64,000 nt of DNA from Snowella sp. (GTDB taxonomy: Bacteria > Cyanobacteriota > Cyanobacteriia > Cyanobacteriales > Microcystaceae): assembly GCA_035285545.1 (NCBI GenBank), contig JAYKGY010000135.1, forward strand, positions 1 to 64,000, in the 5' to 3' direction. Position 1 is the stretch's first letter. Each line of letters starts with the position of its first letter. A model generated the notes under the pieces. The model was not told the DNA's origin and searched no databases. It saw only the letters and a program-made list of their open reading frames with translations. Below are positions 11,709 through 22,400 of the stretch, one piece after another. The position numbers were made by a program, and so were the translations under genes.

Positions 11709-12722
11709 ATGGCTAACGGTCAAACTTCTTCTAAAAACTCAGTCATCGGCTTCGATAACTGGTCTTTGACCCCTGAATATCGTCCGCCTTTAATGCTGCA
11801 ATTGCCTAAATCTACCCCATCTCCTAAAGCTTTGGCCCCTCTTGATGAGGCCTACGAACTTTGTCGCCAAGTTACGGCTCAATACGCGAAAACGTTTTAC
11901 CTCGGTACGCTGTTGATGCCGCCCGAAAAACGGAAGGCGATCTGGGCAATTTATGTCTGGTGTCGGCGGACTGATGAGTTAGTGGATGGGCCTCAAGCAA
12001 AATCTACTACGCCTGAAACACTGGATCAGTGGGAGCAGCATTTAGAGTCTATCTTTGCGGGTCATGCCATTGATGACGTTGATGTGGCTTTAGTCGATAC
12101 GCTACAGCGTTTCCCAATGGATATTCAGCCATTTCGGGATATGATCGCGGGTCAACGGATGGATCTCTATCGCAGTCGTTACGAAACCTTTGAGGAGTTA
12201 GACCTTTATTGTTATCGGGTTGCGGGTACGGTCGGGCTTATGTCGAGCGCGGTTTTAGGGCTAGATACGAGTGTGAGTCCTGCGCCTTGGCAATCGGCTT
12301 CAATGTATATTCCCAAGGAAGAGGCGATCGCGTTAGGGGTTGCTAATCAATTAACGAATATTTTGCGGGATGTGGGGGAAGATGCTCAACGGGGACGGAT
12401 CTATTTACCGTTAGAGGATTTGGCGTTATTTGGTTACACGGAAGCGGATTTATTTAACGGTGTTAACGATGAGCGTTGGCAAGGGTTAATGAAGTTCCAA
12501 ATTCAGCGAGCCAGAAAGTATTACGAAGCAGCAGAACGGGGCATTCGGTCTTTAAATCGGGATTCTCGTTGGCCTGTTTGGACGGCTTTAATGCTTTATC
12601 AAGGCATTTTGGATGTGATTGAGAAAAATAATTATAATGTGTTTAACAAGCGGGCTTTTGTACCAACTCCTCAAAAGATGTTGTATTTACCTGTCGCTTG
12701 GCTGCGATCGCAAGTTTTGTAA
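11709..12722 (+). CDS. crtB: Phytoene synthase
   Basis: RRTDELVD, YCYRVAGTVG, NQLTNILRDVGED; operonic with pds. Confidence 0.98.
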   Translation: MANGQTSSKNSVIGFDNWSLTPEYRPPLMLQLPKSTPSPKALAPLDEAYELCRQVTAQYAKTFYLGTLLMPPEKRKAIWAIYVWCRRTDELVDGPQAKSTTPETLDQWEQHLESIFAGHAIDDVDVALVDTLQRFPMDIQPFRDMIAGQRMDLYRSRYETFEELDLYCYRVAGTVGLMSSAVLGLDTSVSPAPWQSASMYIPKEEAIALGVANQLTNILRDVGEDAQRGRIYLPLEDLALFGYTEADLFNGVNDERWQGLMKFQIQRARKYYEAAERGIRSLNRDSRWPVWTALMLYQGILDVIEKNNYNVFNKRAFVPTPQKMLYLPVAWLRSQVL

Positions 12723-12748
12723 GCTATTAGTAATATTGCTAAACTAAG

Positions 12749-13138
12749 ATGATGCAGTGGCCTAACCATTTTCCTGAAAATTGTCCGCCACCATCTGCAT
12801 TAGCTCCTAGCGGTAAATTTTATCGATTTATTGAGCAAAACCATACATTCCCTCAACCAGAGGATTTTTCTTCTTGGAGGGTCTTAAATTTAGATAAAAA
12901 ATGCCCTGAAAATATAACAGAATGTCAGGCTTGTGGATTATCCGTTTACGATTCTTTTGAAGAAATTCAGCGAATGCAAAAAGTGATTCCCCGATTAAGA
13001 AGAATGAAAATTGCAGTGGGAATACTTAATAAACATTCAGGAAAAATTCAAAATACACCATCTCGCAACAGTCGCTTACACTATACTTGGTGGGTTGCCG
13101 TAGATGAAAAACCTTGGCAGTATTTTTTGATTTCTTAA
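12749..13138 (+). CDS. Hypothetical protein, possible ADP-ribosyltransferase/RES-like fold
   Basis: WP..FP..CPP start, then FYR, GLSVY and HYTWW: an R-S-H spaced pattern reminiscent of ART-fold enzymes. Fold call is inference. Confidence 0.45.
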   Translation: MMQWPNHFPENCPPPSALAPSGKFYRFIEQNHTFPQPEDFSSWRVLNLDKKCPENITECQACGLSVYDSFEEIQRMQKVIPRLRRMKIAVGILNKHSGKIQNTPSRNSRLHYTWWVAVDEKPWQYFLIS

Positions 13139-13177
13139 AATTTTTTAAGCCAAAGCTCTTTAGAATGGAGGCAGACA

Positions 13178-13558
13178 ATGGAAACTTATTTACCAAAATC
13201 TACCCTACTAGGTATTTTAAGACTGATTGAAGTTTATGAATTTTATGATCAACCTTGTCTATTTTCTTGTCAAAATTTATCAGGACAAATTTATATTGGT
13301 CTTTGGGTAGATAGTTCTGAAACTGGAGATATTTGGATATACGCGCCTGTTTCAGGGGAAAGATTTAATAAAATTAAAAACGGTGAGATTGATCTAAGAA
13401 CTGTTTTTACACAATCAGAAGATGCTTTTGTTTTCGAGGTTACGATTCCTTTTGAGCAGGATAAACAAACAACTGTTAAGGCGATCGCTGTTCGTGATTT
13501 AACGGATGAATATCTTCCTGAAGCTAATCAATTTATTCAAAGTGAAGTTTTAATGTAG
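13178..13558 (+). CDS. Acidic hypothetical protein, DUF6575-like
   Basis: EVYEFYDQPCLFSC, WIYAPVS, GEIDLR, YLP motifs; GGAGG RBS. Confidence 0.55.
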   Translation: METYLPKSTLLGILRLIEVYEFYDQPCLFSCQNLSGQIYIGLWVDSSETGDIWIYAPVSGERFNKIKNGEIDLRTVFTQSEDAFVFEVTIPFEQDKQTTVKAIAVRDLTDEYLPEANQFIQSEVLM

Positions 13559-13590
13559 AGATTTTCCCTATTATGTAATGCCATTTCAGT

Positions 13591-14997
13591 ATGTCAGAAA
13601 ACGATAAAGATTCTCTATCGAAACATAAAAACTATTATGTCACTGATTTTGGCATATTTATATGGCGACAGATTGCAAAAATTAATCAAGCTCCTTTAAT
13701 TAGAAATTACTCTTTTTCAGATATTACTTCTTCAAATAAATTCAAAAAGTCCTTTCCTGTAATTATTACTATTCTTCTTTTTATTGTAATCCTTGGAATT
13801 ATTTGGAAAGTCCCAAAATATCAAATTCCTAATGATCCTTCTATCTCAGTTCAAGAAAAGATAACGCTGGAAGATAAAGCGAGAGGAACTTTAATTCAGG
13901 TGGTTGGTGGTTTATTTTTCTTTGTAACTGCTTATTTTACATGGAGAAATTCTGAAATCTCGCACAAACAGCTTATTGCTACTCAGGACAAACTGGAACT
14001 TGAGAAAAAGACTGCTGACAAAAACTTAGAATTAGCAGATTCTAAGCAAATAACAGAACGTTTTAGTAAGGCTGTTGAACAACTTGGAAACGAAGATAGT
14101 ATAACAGTTCGTCTGGGAGGAATCTATTCATTAGAAAGAATTGCCAAGGATTCTAAAAAAGATCATTGGACAATTATGGAAATTTTAACTGCTTTTGTTC
14201 GAGAAAAGTCTAAGAATAGAGAATCAGGTTCAAAAATTCCTCAAGAGATTCAAGCTGCACTTACAGTAATTGGACGACGTAATACTGAAAATGATCCTAA
14301 AAATGTAAGGATTAACTTGAGCGGAGCAAATCTTAATGGAGCGAATCTTTCAGAAGGAAAATTCAATAACGCTAATTTTTATAAAACGAATCTTGTAAAA
14401 GCAGTTTTCTATAAAACAAATCTCGTAAAGGCTAAATTTTCTGAAGCAAATGTTATAGAAGCTGATTTTTACGAGTCAACTGCTAAAGAAGCTAATTTTT
14501 ACGAGACAATTGCTACAGAAGCTAATTTCTACGGGTCAAATCTTACAAAGGCTAATTTTTCCGAAGCGAATCTTACAAAAGCTGATTTTTCGGGAGCAAA
14601 TCTTACAAAAGCTGATTTTGCTGAAGCAAATCTTACAGAAGCTATTTTTGACAAGGTAAATCTTACAAAAGCTGATTTTTTCATTGCAAATCTTACAAAA
14701 GCCAAATTTTCCGAAGCAAATCTTACAGAAACTAGTTTTTCTTGCACAAATCTTGAAAAATCTAGATTTATTTCCGTAAGTTTTATAAGAACTAGTTTTT
14801 CCCATGCAAATCTTATAGAAGCTGATTTTGAAAATGCTAATTTTGGTGAGACAAATTTGTCTAATTCGCCTAAAAATTTCATGATTGAACCCATACTTAA
14901 ATCTAAAAACTGGGATAAAGCAAAGTATGCTCTTGATTTTGAGGAACAATTAAAAGCATATTTATTTTCACAATTTATAACAGAAGCTATTTTTTAG
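13591..14997 (+). CDS. Membrane-anchored pentapeptide-repeat protein
   Basis: Two TM helices, conserved QITERFSKAVEQLG..RLGGIYSLERIA block, long A(N/D)(L/F)xx repeat tract. Confidence 0.9.
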   Translation: MSENDKDSLSKHKNYYVTDFGIFIWRQIAKINQAPLIRNYSFSDITSSNKFKKSFPVIITILLFIVILGIIWKVPKYQIPNDPSISVQEKITLEDKARGTLIQVVGGLFFFVTAYFTWRNSEISHKQLIATQDKLELEKKTADKNLELADSKQITERFSKAVEQLGNEDSITVRLGGIYSLERIAKDSKKDHWTIMEILTAFVREKSKNRESGSKIPQEIQAALTVIGRRNTENDPKNVRINLSGANLNGANLSEGKFNNANFYKTNLVKAVFYKTNLVKAKFSEANVIEADFYESTAKEANFYETIATEANFYGSNLTKANFSEANLTKADFSGANLTKADFAEANLTEAIFDKVNLTKADFFIANLTKAKFSEANLTETSFSCTNLEKSRFISVSFIRTSFSHANLIEADFENANFGETNLSNSPKNFMIEPILKSKNWDKAKYALDFEEQLKAYLFSQFITEAIF

Positions 14998-15026
14998 AAT
15001 TTATCTTTAGATTTATCGGCTAAAAC

Positions 15027-15290
15027 ATGAATTTTTATACTGTAGTTATCAAAAAAAGCAAACAATATTGGGTTTCATTATGTCTAGAAAATGGATTAGT
15101 TGGACAAGGAAAAACACCAGAACAATCAATTGATAAACTAAAAGAAGCAATTAGTTCTTTTTTAGAAATTTATCATCAAAAAGAAAATATTTACACTACT
15201 CCTATTTGTATTGAAGAATTACATGAATTTTTAATAATAAAAGATTCTGAAGCGTCAGAAAGCTACGAACTTAGAAAAGTTTATGCTTAA
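15027..15290 (+). CDS. hicB: HicB-family antitoxin
   Basis: YWVSLCLENGLVGQGKTPEQSIDKLKEAI, typical HicB N-terminal fold. Confidence 0.75.
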   Translation: MNFYTVVIKKSKQYWVSLCLENGLVGQGKTPEQSIDKLKEAISSFLEIYHQKENIYTTPICIEELHEFLIIKDSEASESYELRKVYA

Positions 15291-15369
15291 AAATATACCG
15301 TCTCTCAAACGCAAACAACTAATCAAGATTTTAGAAAAAGATGGAAGATCGGGTTATTCAATTATTTGA
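15283..15369 (+). pseudogene. hicA: Truncated hicA toxin remnant
   Basis: MLKNIPSLKRKQLIKILEKDG matches the HicA N-terminal helix, then diverges and stops after 28 codons, before the GSH motif. Overlaps the hicB 3' end. Confidence 0.7.
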
Positions 15370-15470
15370 ATGGTCAACAGTAGCAAGCAATAGAACCGCG
15401 ATCGCGGTCTACAATCAATTACATTTAACCCTAACCATACCTCAGCCGATAGCCAAGATCGGGTTACCCA

Positions 15471-15965
15471 TCAATTTTTTAAAGCAGGACGTAAACGACG
15501 CATTAAACTCGCCATTTCTAACGCATTGAGGGCATAATGCCAGCCATGATTACTCTTAATACCTGCCCGTTCTAAAGCTTGTTGCATGGTATCAGTCGTT
15601 AAAATCCCAAAGATGACAGGAACGCCCGTTTGTTGCGCGATCGCTGCAATTCCCTTAGCCGCCTCACCTGCAACAAAATCAAAATGGGGTGTTTGTCCCC
15701 GAATCACAGCCCCTAGACAAATAATGGCATCATACTGTCCCGAAGTTGCCAACTGTCGCGTTACGAGGGGAACTTCAAAACTGCCAGGAACCCAGACATA
15801 ATCCACTTGCGTCCCGCTTGGTTCCGTATCGACCCCATGCCGCTTCAGGCAATCCTGACACGCCGACACCAATTTATCCGTTACCAAATCATTAAAACGG
15901 GCAATAACGATCGCAAACTTAAAACTACTGGGATCGTCCGTAAAAGTTCCTTCAAAAACTGTCAT
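15471..15965 (-). CDS. ribH: 6,7-dimethyl-8-ribityllumazine synthase
   Basis: [29 protein letters not shown]. Confidence 0.98.
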   Translation of the reverse strand: MTVFEGTFTDDPSSFKFAIVIARFNDLVTDKLVSACQDCLKRHGVDTEPSGTQVDYVWVPGSFEVPLVTRQLATSGQYDAIICLGAVIRGQTPHFDFVAGEAAKGIAAIAQQTGVPVIFGILTTDTMQQALERAGIKSNHGWHYALNALEMASLMRRLRPALKN

Positions 15966-16064
15966 GCTGGGTCAAAAAATAAAAAAATAAAAGAGATTGG
16001 TAAAAAGCCAGTAGCCAACGCTTTCAGCCATCACCAATCGTCATTACTCACTCTCTAGACGTAA

Positions 16065-16253
16065 CTAGATAACAAAGAAATTTAATACTGCCACTAAAAT
16101 CACCAAAATCGCCCAAATTCCAGAACCCAAATACAGTAAAGGCTTCGATTGATTCCAATTTTGGGGAGAGGCATAGGCGACAGGAACACCAATTACCATC
16201 ACAAACGAAAACAATACCAACGCTGCTAAAGCAATTTGAAAGACAATAGACAT
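16065..16253 (-). CDS. psbZ: Photosystem II reaction center protein Z
   Basis: 62 aa, [14 protein letters not shown]; conserved psbZ-ribH order. Confidence 0.98.
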   Translation of the reverse strand: MSIVFQIALAALVLFSFVMVIGVPVAYASPQNWNQSKPLLYLGSGIWAILVILVAVLNFFVI

Positions 16254-16451
16254 TTTCGGGTTCTCCTATAAATTTTTAGACATTAGCCAAGGGTTAACAA
16301 CGAATCCGCTGACTCTATCAGGGGTATATTAACAACTTTCTGATAGTAAACTACCAAAAAATGAGACCAGGGAAAAGGGGGGCAACGGTTAAACGCGATC
16401 GATCATCCATACCCATAGGATAATTGTAAGTATCTTTTTGAGCCTTCTCCA

Positions 16452-16940
16452 ATGGCAATCGAAATTGAACGTAAATTTTTAGTTCAGGGGGAAAGTTGGC
16501 GTTCCCTGGTTAGGGGCAAACGGTATATACAAAGCTATATTCCCACCCAAGATCTCACAACCGTTAGGATTCGTATCGCAGGCAATGAGGCTTACTTAAC
16601 CATTAAAGGCAAAAATCAAGGCATGGTACGGACTGAATTTGAATACGCCATTCCCCTAGAAGATGCCGAACAGATGCTTGCAACGCTTTGTCGTCCTCCC
16701 TTTATTGAAAAAATTCGTTACCGTATTCCCCAAGAAAATTGGGTCTGGGAAATTGATGAGTTCAAAGGAGCTAATGAGGGATTGATTCTTGCCGAGGTGG
16801 AATTAACCTCAGAAACCCAAGCGATCGCGCTACCCGAATGGATTGGGGAGGAAGTGACCCATGATCCCCGATACTATAATGCCAACCTAGTTAGCCATCC
16901 CTATCAATCCTGGTCATCTGATCCATTGAGTGAATGCTAA
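16452..16940 (+). CDS. CYTH-domain protein
   Basis: EIERKFLV, RIR, EKIRY, WEIDEF, AEVEL. Confidence 0.93.
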   Translation: MAIEIERKFLVQGESWRSLVRGKRYIQSYIPTQDLTTVRIRIAGNEAYLTIKGKNQGMVRTEFEYAIPLEDAEQMLATLCRPPFIEKIRYRIPQENWVWEIDEFKGANEGLILAEVELTSETQAIALPEWIGEEVTHDPRYYNANLVSHPYQSWSSDPLSEC

Positions 16941-17057
16941 AAAAGAAGGGTCTACTGGTTAAGGCAGATCCCCCCTCGCTCAAGGAAGAAAATAATTTTA
17001 ATGGCTTAAAAAGTAGCTTAATATTCTCTTCTGGGAATTAAAGTGAGATAAAAATCA

Positions 17058-17351
17058 TTAGGGCTTCGTTTTAACTCTAATGGCACCATTAACAATCGTT
17101 TGACAGGCTAGACGGTAGGATTCTGGCTTTTTCTTCAAGACCCGTAGCTCAAAATCAGTTTTAGGAGAAAGATTTTCCATCCCTTCCACAATTTCCACAA
17201 TGCAGGTTCCGCACTGGCCATAGCCCCCGCAATTCATTAATTTTCCTTTGAGCGTATAAATATCAATGCCATTCTGTAACGCTTTCTCCCGTAAATTAGC
17301 TCCCTGAGCTACGATCACATCCTTATTCTCTTTGGTAAATGTAATGGTCAT
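17058..17351 (-). CDS. [2Fe-2S] ferredoxin-like protein
   Basis: [10 protein letters not shown] and RLACQ cysteine pattern. Confidence 0.93.
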   Translation of the reverse strand: MTITFTKENKDVIVAQGANLREKALQNGIDIYTLKGKLMNCGGYGQCGTCIVEIVEGMENLSPKTDFELRVLKKKPESYRLACQTIVNGAIRVKTKP

Positions 17352-17606
17352 TTGCGCTCCTTAAAAAAATTAACTACCATAATATTAAGAAATTTTAATT
17401 AATTTTGCGAAACTTTTACGGTAGCAAGCTCAAAAATCTAGACAAGCGACAAAATCAATAACCCTTACCGCATCTCTCACCCGTAGCGATAGCCAAAAAA
17501 CTCGTAAAAATGATTAATCCGGTCAACACTACGCCGACAATGGGTTTAAATGGCTGCTGACAGAGCTTTTTGTCAAAACATGATGTCATTGAAATTTTTA
17601 TTAAAA

Positions 17607-19274
17607 CTACCAAGTGACTTTTCCGGTGAGTTTTTGTAGCTTACTGTCTCCAATGCCAGACACTCGCTTTAAATCCGCTAAGGACGTAAATGGTTTTTCC
17701 TGTCGAGCCGCAATTATCCGATCAGCTAATTTGGAACCCACGCCAGGTAAGCTTTCTAACTCGTCTTTACTTGCCGTATTCATGTTAATTAATGGGTTGG
17801 AACTGGCTGATGGGCTTAAGACTGGACTCGACGGTTGAGCCGAATTGATTGATCTCGCTCCACAGGTTTGCTTTTCTTTCGCGATCGCCGCTTGAACAAA
17901 ATCGGGAATCCCCAAGGTTGCTTGCTGATATAACTGGTCAAATTCCCGTTGATAGTGGGCAGTAATGACCGGATTATCGAGAATTAAAACTGTTTCATCA
18001 TTGAGCCGATTCGCCGCATCCGACCAATTATGGGAACCCGCAATGACTAAATGGTTATCTATAATACCAACTTTATGGTGTAATTTGTCCCCTTTCGGTA
18101 AATTGGGAATGCCAACGGTTTGAACTGGGTTTGACCAGGGACGATTATTCAACTCGGCTCGGCAATTTTGCGTGAGTTCTACCCCCAATAGATCTAACCC
18201 TTCACTGTAGGGACGATAGGCAAATTCAGGATCGATTAACGCTTTGACTGCCACCCCATTTTGATGTTGAGCTTGTAACGCATCCGCTAAGCCTTGCTCA
18301 CTTAAAACAAATAGGGCTAAGTTAACGGATTGATGGGCTTGGGAAAGGGTTTGAGCAATGAGTCCATTACTGGTGTCTGACCAGTCAACTTTGCGCGAAT
18401 CAGGAGAAAATTTAACGGAAACCTGCGTTTGACCAATAGTAACAGTTTTTGTTGGCCGAAATGGTTTATTAATCCCAAATCGGCTATCTTTTTGTCCGTC
18501 AGCCCCATCTCCCCACATGAAATTAAATTCTTCGGTGAAATATTGAGCGAGTTCAGGGGATTGAAGGATTAATAGGTTATTGGCATTCCCCCTGGTATCT
18601 GGTCGGGTATAGTCTCCATGCTGATCGCTCAGGGTGAAATTGGCAGAGGTAACAATGACGGTTTTGCCATCTACCACTAAAAATTTATGGTGCATCAAGC
18701 CTGTGCCTTTAGAACCATCTTCAGTGTCATCAATCACGGGAATTTGGCTATTTCTCAAAATGGTGATAGCATCCCGTTGCTGCATTTCCTCCAGACTTAA
18801 TTGACCATCTTGATTGAGATCGACAAAGGCAAGATAATCTTCACGGCGATCGCGGGTTCGTTCGTTATCATCAGTTCCGGCGGCTGTACTCCCTGTCGCG
18901 ATGGGCTGATTATAGAGATTTTCTAAAATGATTCGGACTTTAACACCGGCTTGTTGCTTCTTCACTAATGCCTGGGCAATTAACGGCAACCGCAATTCCT
19001 GTACGGCTAAATCGATTGTGCTTTCGGCTTTATCTAAAGTATCCAGAATAATTTGCTCTAAATTATCCCCTGCTCGTTTAATGTTGCGATAGGGATCGGT
19101 ATAGTCTGCATCTTTGGCTAAATTATGGTTAAAGTAAACCTGAATAGCGGGATCTTGGGGTAAGGGATTGGGTCGCTGGCTGTTGGCCTTGGGGCTGATC
19201 CAGACAATTAAAACGGCGATCGCGATAATCACTCCCACAAATATCCCGATTCGGCCCAACTTAAACCCTTTCAT
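17607..19274 (-). CDS. comA: Competence protein ComA (two PLD/HKD nuclease-like domains plus ComEA helix-hairpin-helix)
   Basis: HHKFLVVD and HHKVGIID motifs; INMNTAS..L..LPGVG HhH; N-terminal TM. Confidence 0.88.
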   Translation of the reverse strand: MKGFKLGRIGIFVGVIIAIAVLIVWISPKANSQRPNPLPQDPAIQVYFNHNLAKDADYTDPYRNIKRAGDNLEQIILDTLDKAESTIDLAVQELRLPLIAQALVKKQQAGVKVRIILENLYNQPIATGSTAAGTDDNERTRDRREDYLAFVDLNQDGQLSLEEMQQRDAITILRNSQIPVIDDTEDGSKGTGLMHHKFLVVDGKTVIVTSANFTLSDQHGDYTRPDTRGNANNLLILQSPELAQYFTEEFNFMWGDGADGQKDSRFGINKPFRPTKTVTIGQTQVSVKFSPDSRKVDWSDTSNGLIAQTLSQAHQSVNLALFVLSEQGLADALQAQHQNGVAVKALIDPEFAYRPYSEGLDLLGVELTQNCRAELNNRPWSNPVQTVGIPNLPKGDKLHHKVGIIDNHLVIAGSHNWSDAANRLNDETVLILDNPVITAHYQREFDQLYQQATLGIPDFVQAAIAKEKQTCGARSINSAQPSSPVLSPSASSNPLINMNTASKDELESLPGVGSKLADRIIAARQEKPFTSLADLKRVSGIGDSKLQKLTGKVTW

Positions 19275-19473
19275 TCGTTACTCGTCTGGAATAATTGAAT
19301 TACTCTTATTTCATCAGGATCGGTGAAAAAAGTAAATTGCTTTAATTGAGTTGATAAAAAAGCAATAGTTATGTTATCTAATTTTATTGGCAGAAAAAAG
19401 AATATATTATGATATTTTAGTGATTTAATTCTTCTTTTCTTTATTTTTGCTTATTTTTTGATAAAAACCAATT

Positions 19474-22400
19474 GTGAATAAATTTATTATTATTGATCAT
19501 TCGCTCTGTAGTCTTCAAGGGCATCATTATGAATGTAGTGTCTCGGTTGCTGAAGCGGCTGCACGGTTAGGTTATCAACCCGTCACTGTTGCCAATCGTG
19601 CATTTCCTGAATCCCTTTATCCTGAAGGTATTAAAACTCTGTCTGTCTTTGAACGGGATTGGTTTGATCAACCCACGGTTACACCATCCTTATCGAAATT
19701 TCAGCAGTTACTACTTACCTTAAATGACTTTTTCGGCGATCGCTCATTCGAGAACTGGAGCCAAGAACTTGTAGAATTCAAAAATTATTACTTTTTAAAA
19801 TGGCGAATTACTCAGCCGAAATTATCCTTATTTTTAGAAAAAGTCGAAGGTAGCACCAGTCGATTAATAGATTGGATTAATCAAGATATTCAGTTATTGC
19901 GCTCTATACCTTTATCAAATACAGTCTGGGGGATTTTAAAAATTATTTGGGGTTTAATTCGTTTTGGGTTCAAAATTATTTTGAAGATTCTGAATCGTTT
20001 TTGGCAAAAATTGATCACTATTCCTGAAGCTAAAAGCTTTAGTGACAGTCTTAAAAATACCCTAAAAGAATTAAATCTTACTCCAGAAGATCATATTCTG
20101 ATTCATACGCTCAGCATTGAACAACTAGAAGCTATCTATCATTTATTAGAATCTTGGGATATTAATAATTTACCTCAATTTCATATTTTATTGCGGCGGG
20201 ACACGGAAGATCCCTTAGTCCTTAATGCTCAGGGAATGGGCTTAAAAAGTTGTTTAAATACCTTTTATGAAAAACAATTTTGGCCTGAGAAAATTCGCTT
20301 CTATACCGATACAGAAGATTTAGTCAGCAGACATAATGAACTTAGTCCGATTCAGTTAATACAAGTTGCAATTCCTTTCCGCCAAGAAAAATTACGAGAT
20401 CATGCAACTCAAAATAATGAAGTCTTGGAAAATATCAATAAACCTATTCATTTAGTTTATTTAGGAGATGCGCGTTCTGAAAAAGGTTATCATCATTTAC
20501 CCAGTTTAATTGAGAATCTTTGGACAGATTATTTAGAACCTGAAAAAATTAAATTTACTATTCAATCTAATTTCAATATTAATGGTGGTGAGTCTGTTGT
20601 TTTAGACGCAAAGTTAAAATTAGAACAATATCCCAGTAGGAACGTCCAATTAATTCAAGAAGCCATGCTTCCTGATGAATATTATCAGCTATTGAACTCG
20701 GCTGATTTGGTAATTTTGCCCTACAATCCTGAGAGTTATCAAAGAACTTCTGGCGTTTTAACAGAAGCTTTAGCCGCAGGAAAACCCGTTGTTGTTCCTG
20801 AAAATAGTTGGTTAGCCCAACAAGTGGATGAATCGAGGGCTGTCATTTTTGAATCTCCTGAAACATTAGCTAGTTCTGTTATTCAAGCCATTAATAATTT
20901 AGACGAGTTAACTAAAGCCGCTAATGCTTATAAATTAGAATGGCGAGTTAAACAATCCCCTGACACTTTTGTAAAATGTTTACTAGAAAAGCCTGATTTC
21001 TCTCCTCAAAATACTTCAGCATTAAATAAAAATTTAGATAATGCTCAAGAAACGCAAGAGGCTTTCAATTTAATTAAATCTGATCAAAACATTTTAATTA
21101 TTTTAGAAATTCAAAAAATTCTAAAACAACAGGAATTAGCATTATTATCCGAAACAATTATTAACTACTTATTCCAATGTAGCTATGCTGTCTATGGGAT
21201 CTTTTATTTAAATCCTCGAAAATATCAAGAGCAGGATTTAGATTTATTCAGTCAAAAAATAAGAATTATTATTGATCAATTTAACTTTGCAAAATATTGG
21301 TTGCTTGATTCGTTGACGGATATTCAAATTCCTAGCCAAATTAATGCTCAAGATTATATTGATGATTTGTATTGCCATCGAACTAGCCTCATCCGAGATT
21401 TAGTAGAGTTAAACAGTTTCCCTACCTCTGAAGATTTAAAACAGTCCTTATCTGCTATATCAATTAACACTATTTTCCTCAATGAAATTCCTGCTATAGC
21501 TTTAATTGAAAAGTTAGGGTTGAGCCAGATTTCTAAAATTGTTGAAGTTAATTCCCTTCAATCCTTTGATTATGCCTTACAAAATAAACGCGATCGCGAC
21601 CTAAATGAATTAGCATTAGAAACCAATTTATTAAATCAATGCCAAGTATTAATTACACCTGAGCAGAAACTAGCCGAAAAATTACGAGAGTTAACGAATC
21701 AACCGACTGTTTACGCTTATTTAGGGAATCAAAAGAATTCACAGCCCAGTAAACAGTATTATGCAACGCTCAATAACGTATTTACGGATATTTTCGGCGA
21801 TCGCGCTTTAACCCTTAACAACCTTAATCAAACTCAAAAAATTGCGGTTTTGTTTCCTTGGGCAGATATCCTAGAACGCAAAAGTGGAGCCAGTCAGCGC
21901 GTGGGTTTATTGCTCGATTACCTGCGATCGCAAAACTACGATGTTGCCTGTTTTAGCATCGGCGATCGTAAACCCTTCTGGCACAGCGACATTTATTATG
22001 ATTATTTTCAACCTCGTTTTGAACAAGCCAATTTAGTCCAAGGCATTTATGAAGATGCCTATGAATCTTGGCGTTCATCCGTAGATTTAATCACTGAGCA
22101 ATTATCAGAAAAAATTGAGATTACAGACCAGAATAATCCTGAAACTAATTGGATACCTTGGATTTATTATCAATTCCGTTTTGATCCTGCTTTCCATGAG
22201 TGGATCGAAAAAATCACGAACTGGGCGGATGTTGTTATTTTGGAATATCCCTTTTGGGCAAAAATCGTCGGCAAAATCTGTCAAAACAAAGAAATTCCCT
22301 TAATCTTAACGGCTCATGATGTATTGTCTCAAAAATTAGATGAAAACTCTGTACTTGGAAAAATTGCGTTAGCCGAAGAAATTGAAGCCTTAAAGCAAGC

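Noticed and set aside
14341..14830. Regular 30-nt repeats as a possible CRISPR array
   Set aside because: They are in-frame coding repeats with no unique spacers, and there are no cas genes.
14529..14949. Antisense ORFs in the pentapeptide gene (also 62375-62866)
   Set aside because: Shadow frames produced by repetitive codons.
15341..15529. 62-aa ORF after hicB as the toxin
   Set aside because: No HicA motifs and it runs into ribH; the HicA-like sequence is in the frame starting at 15283.
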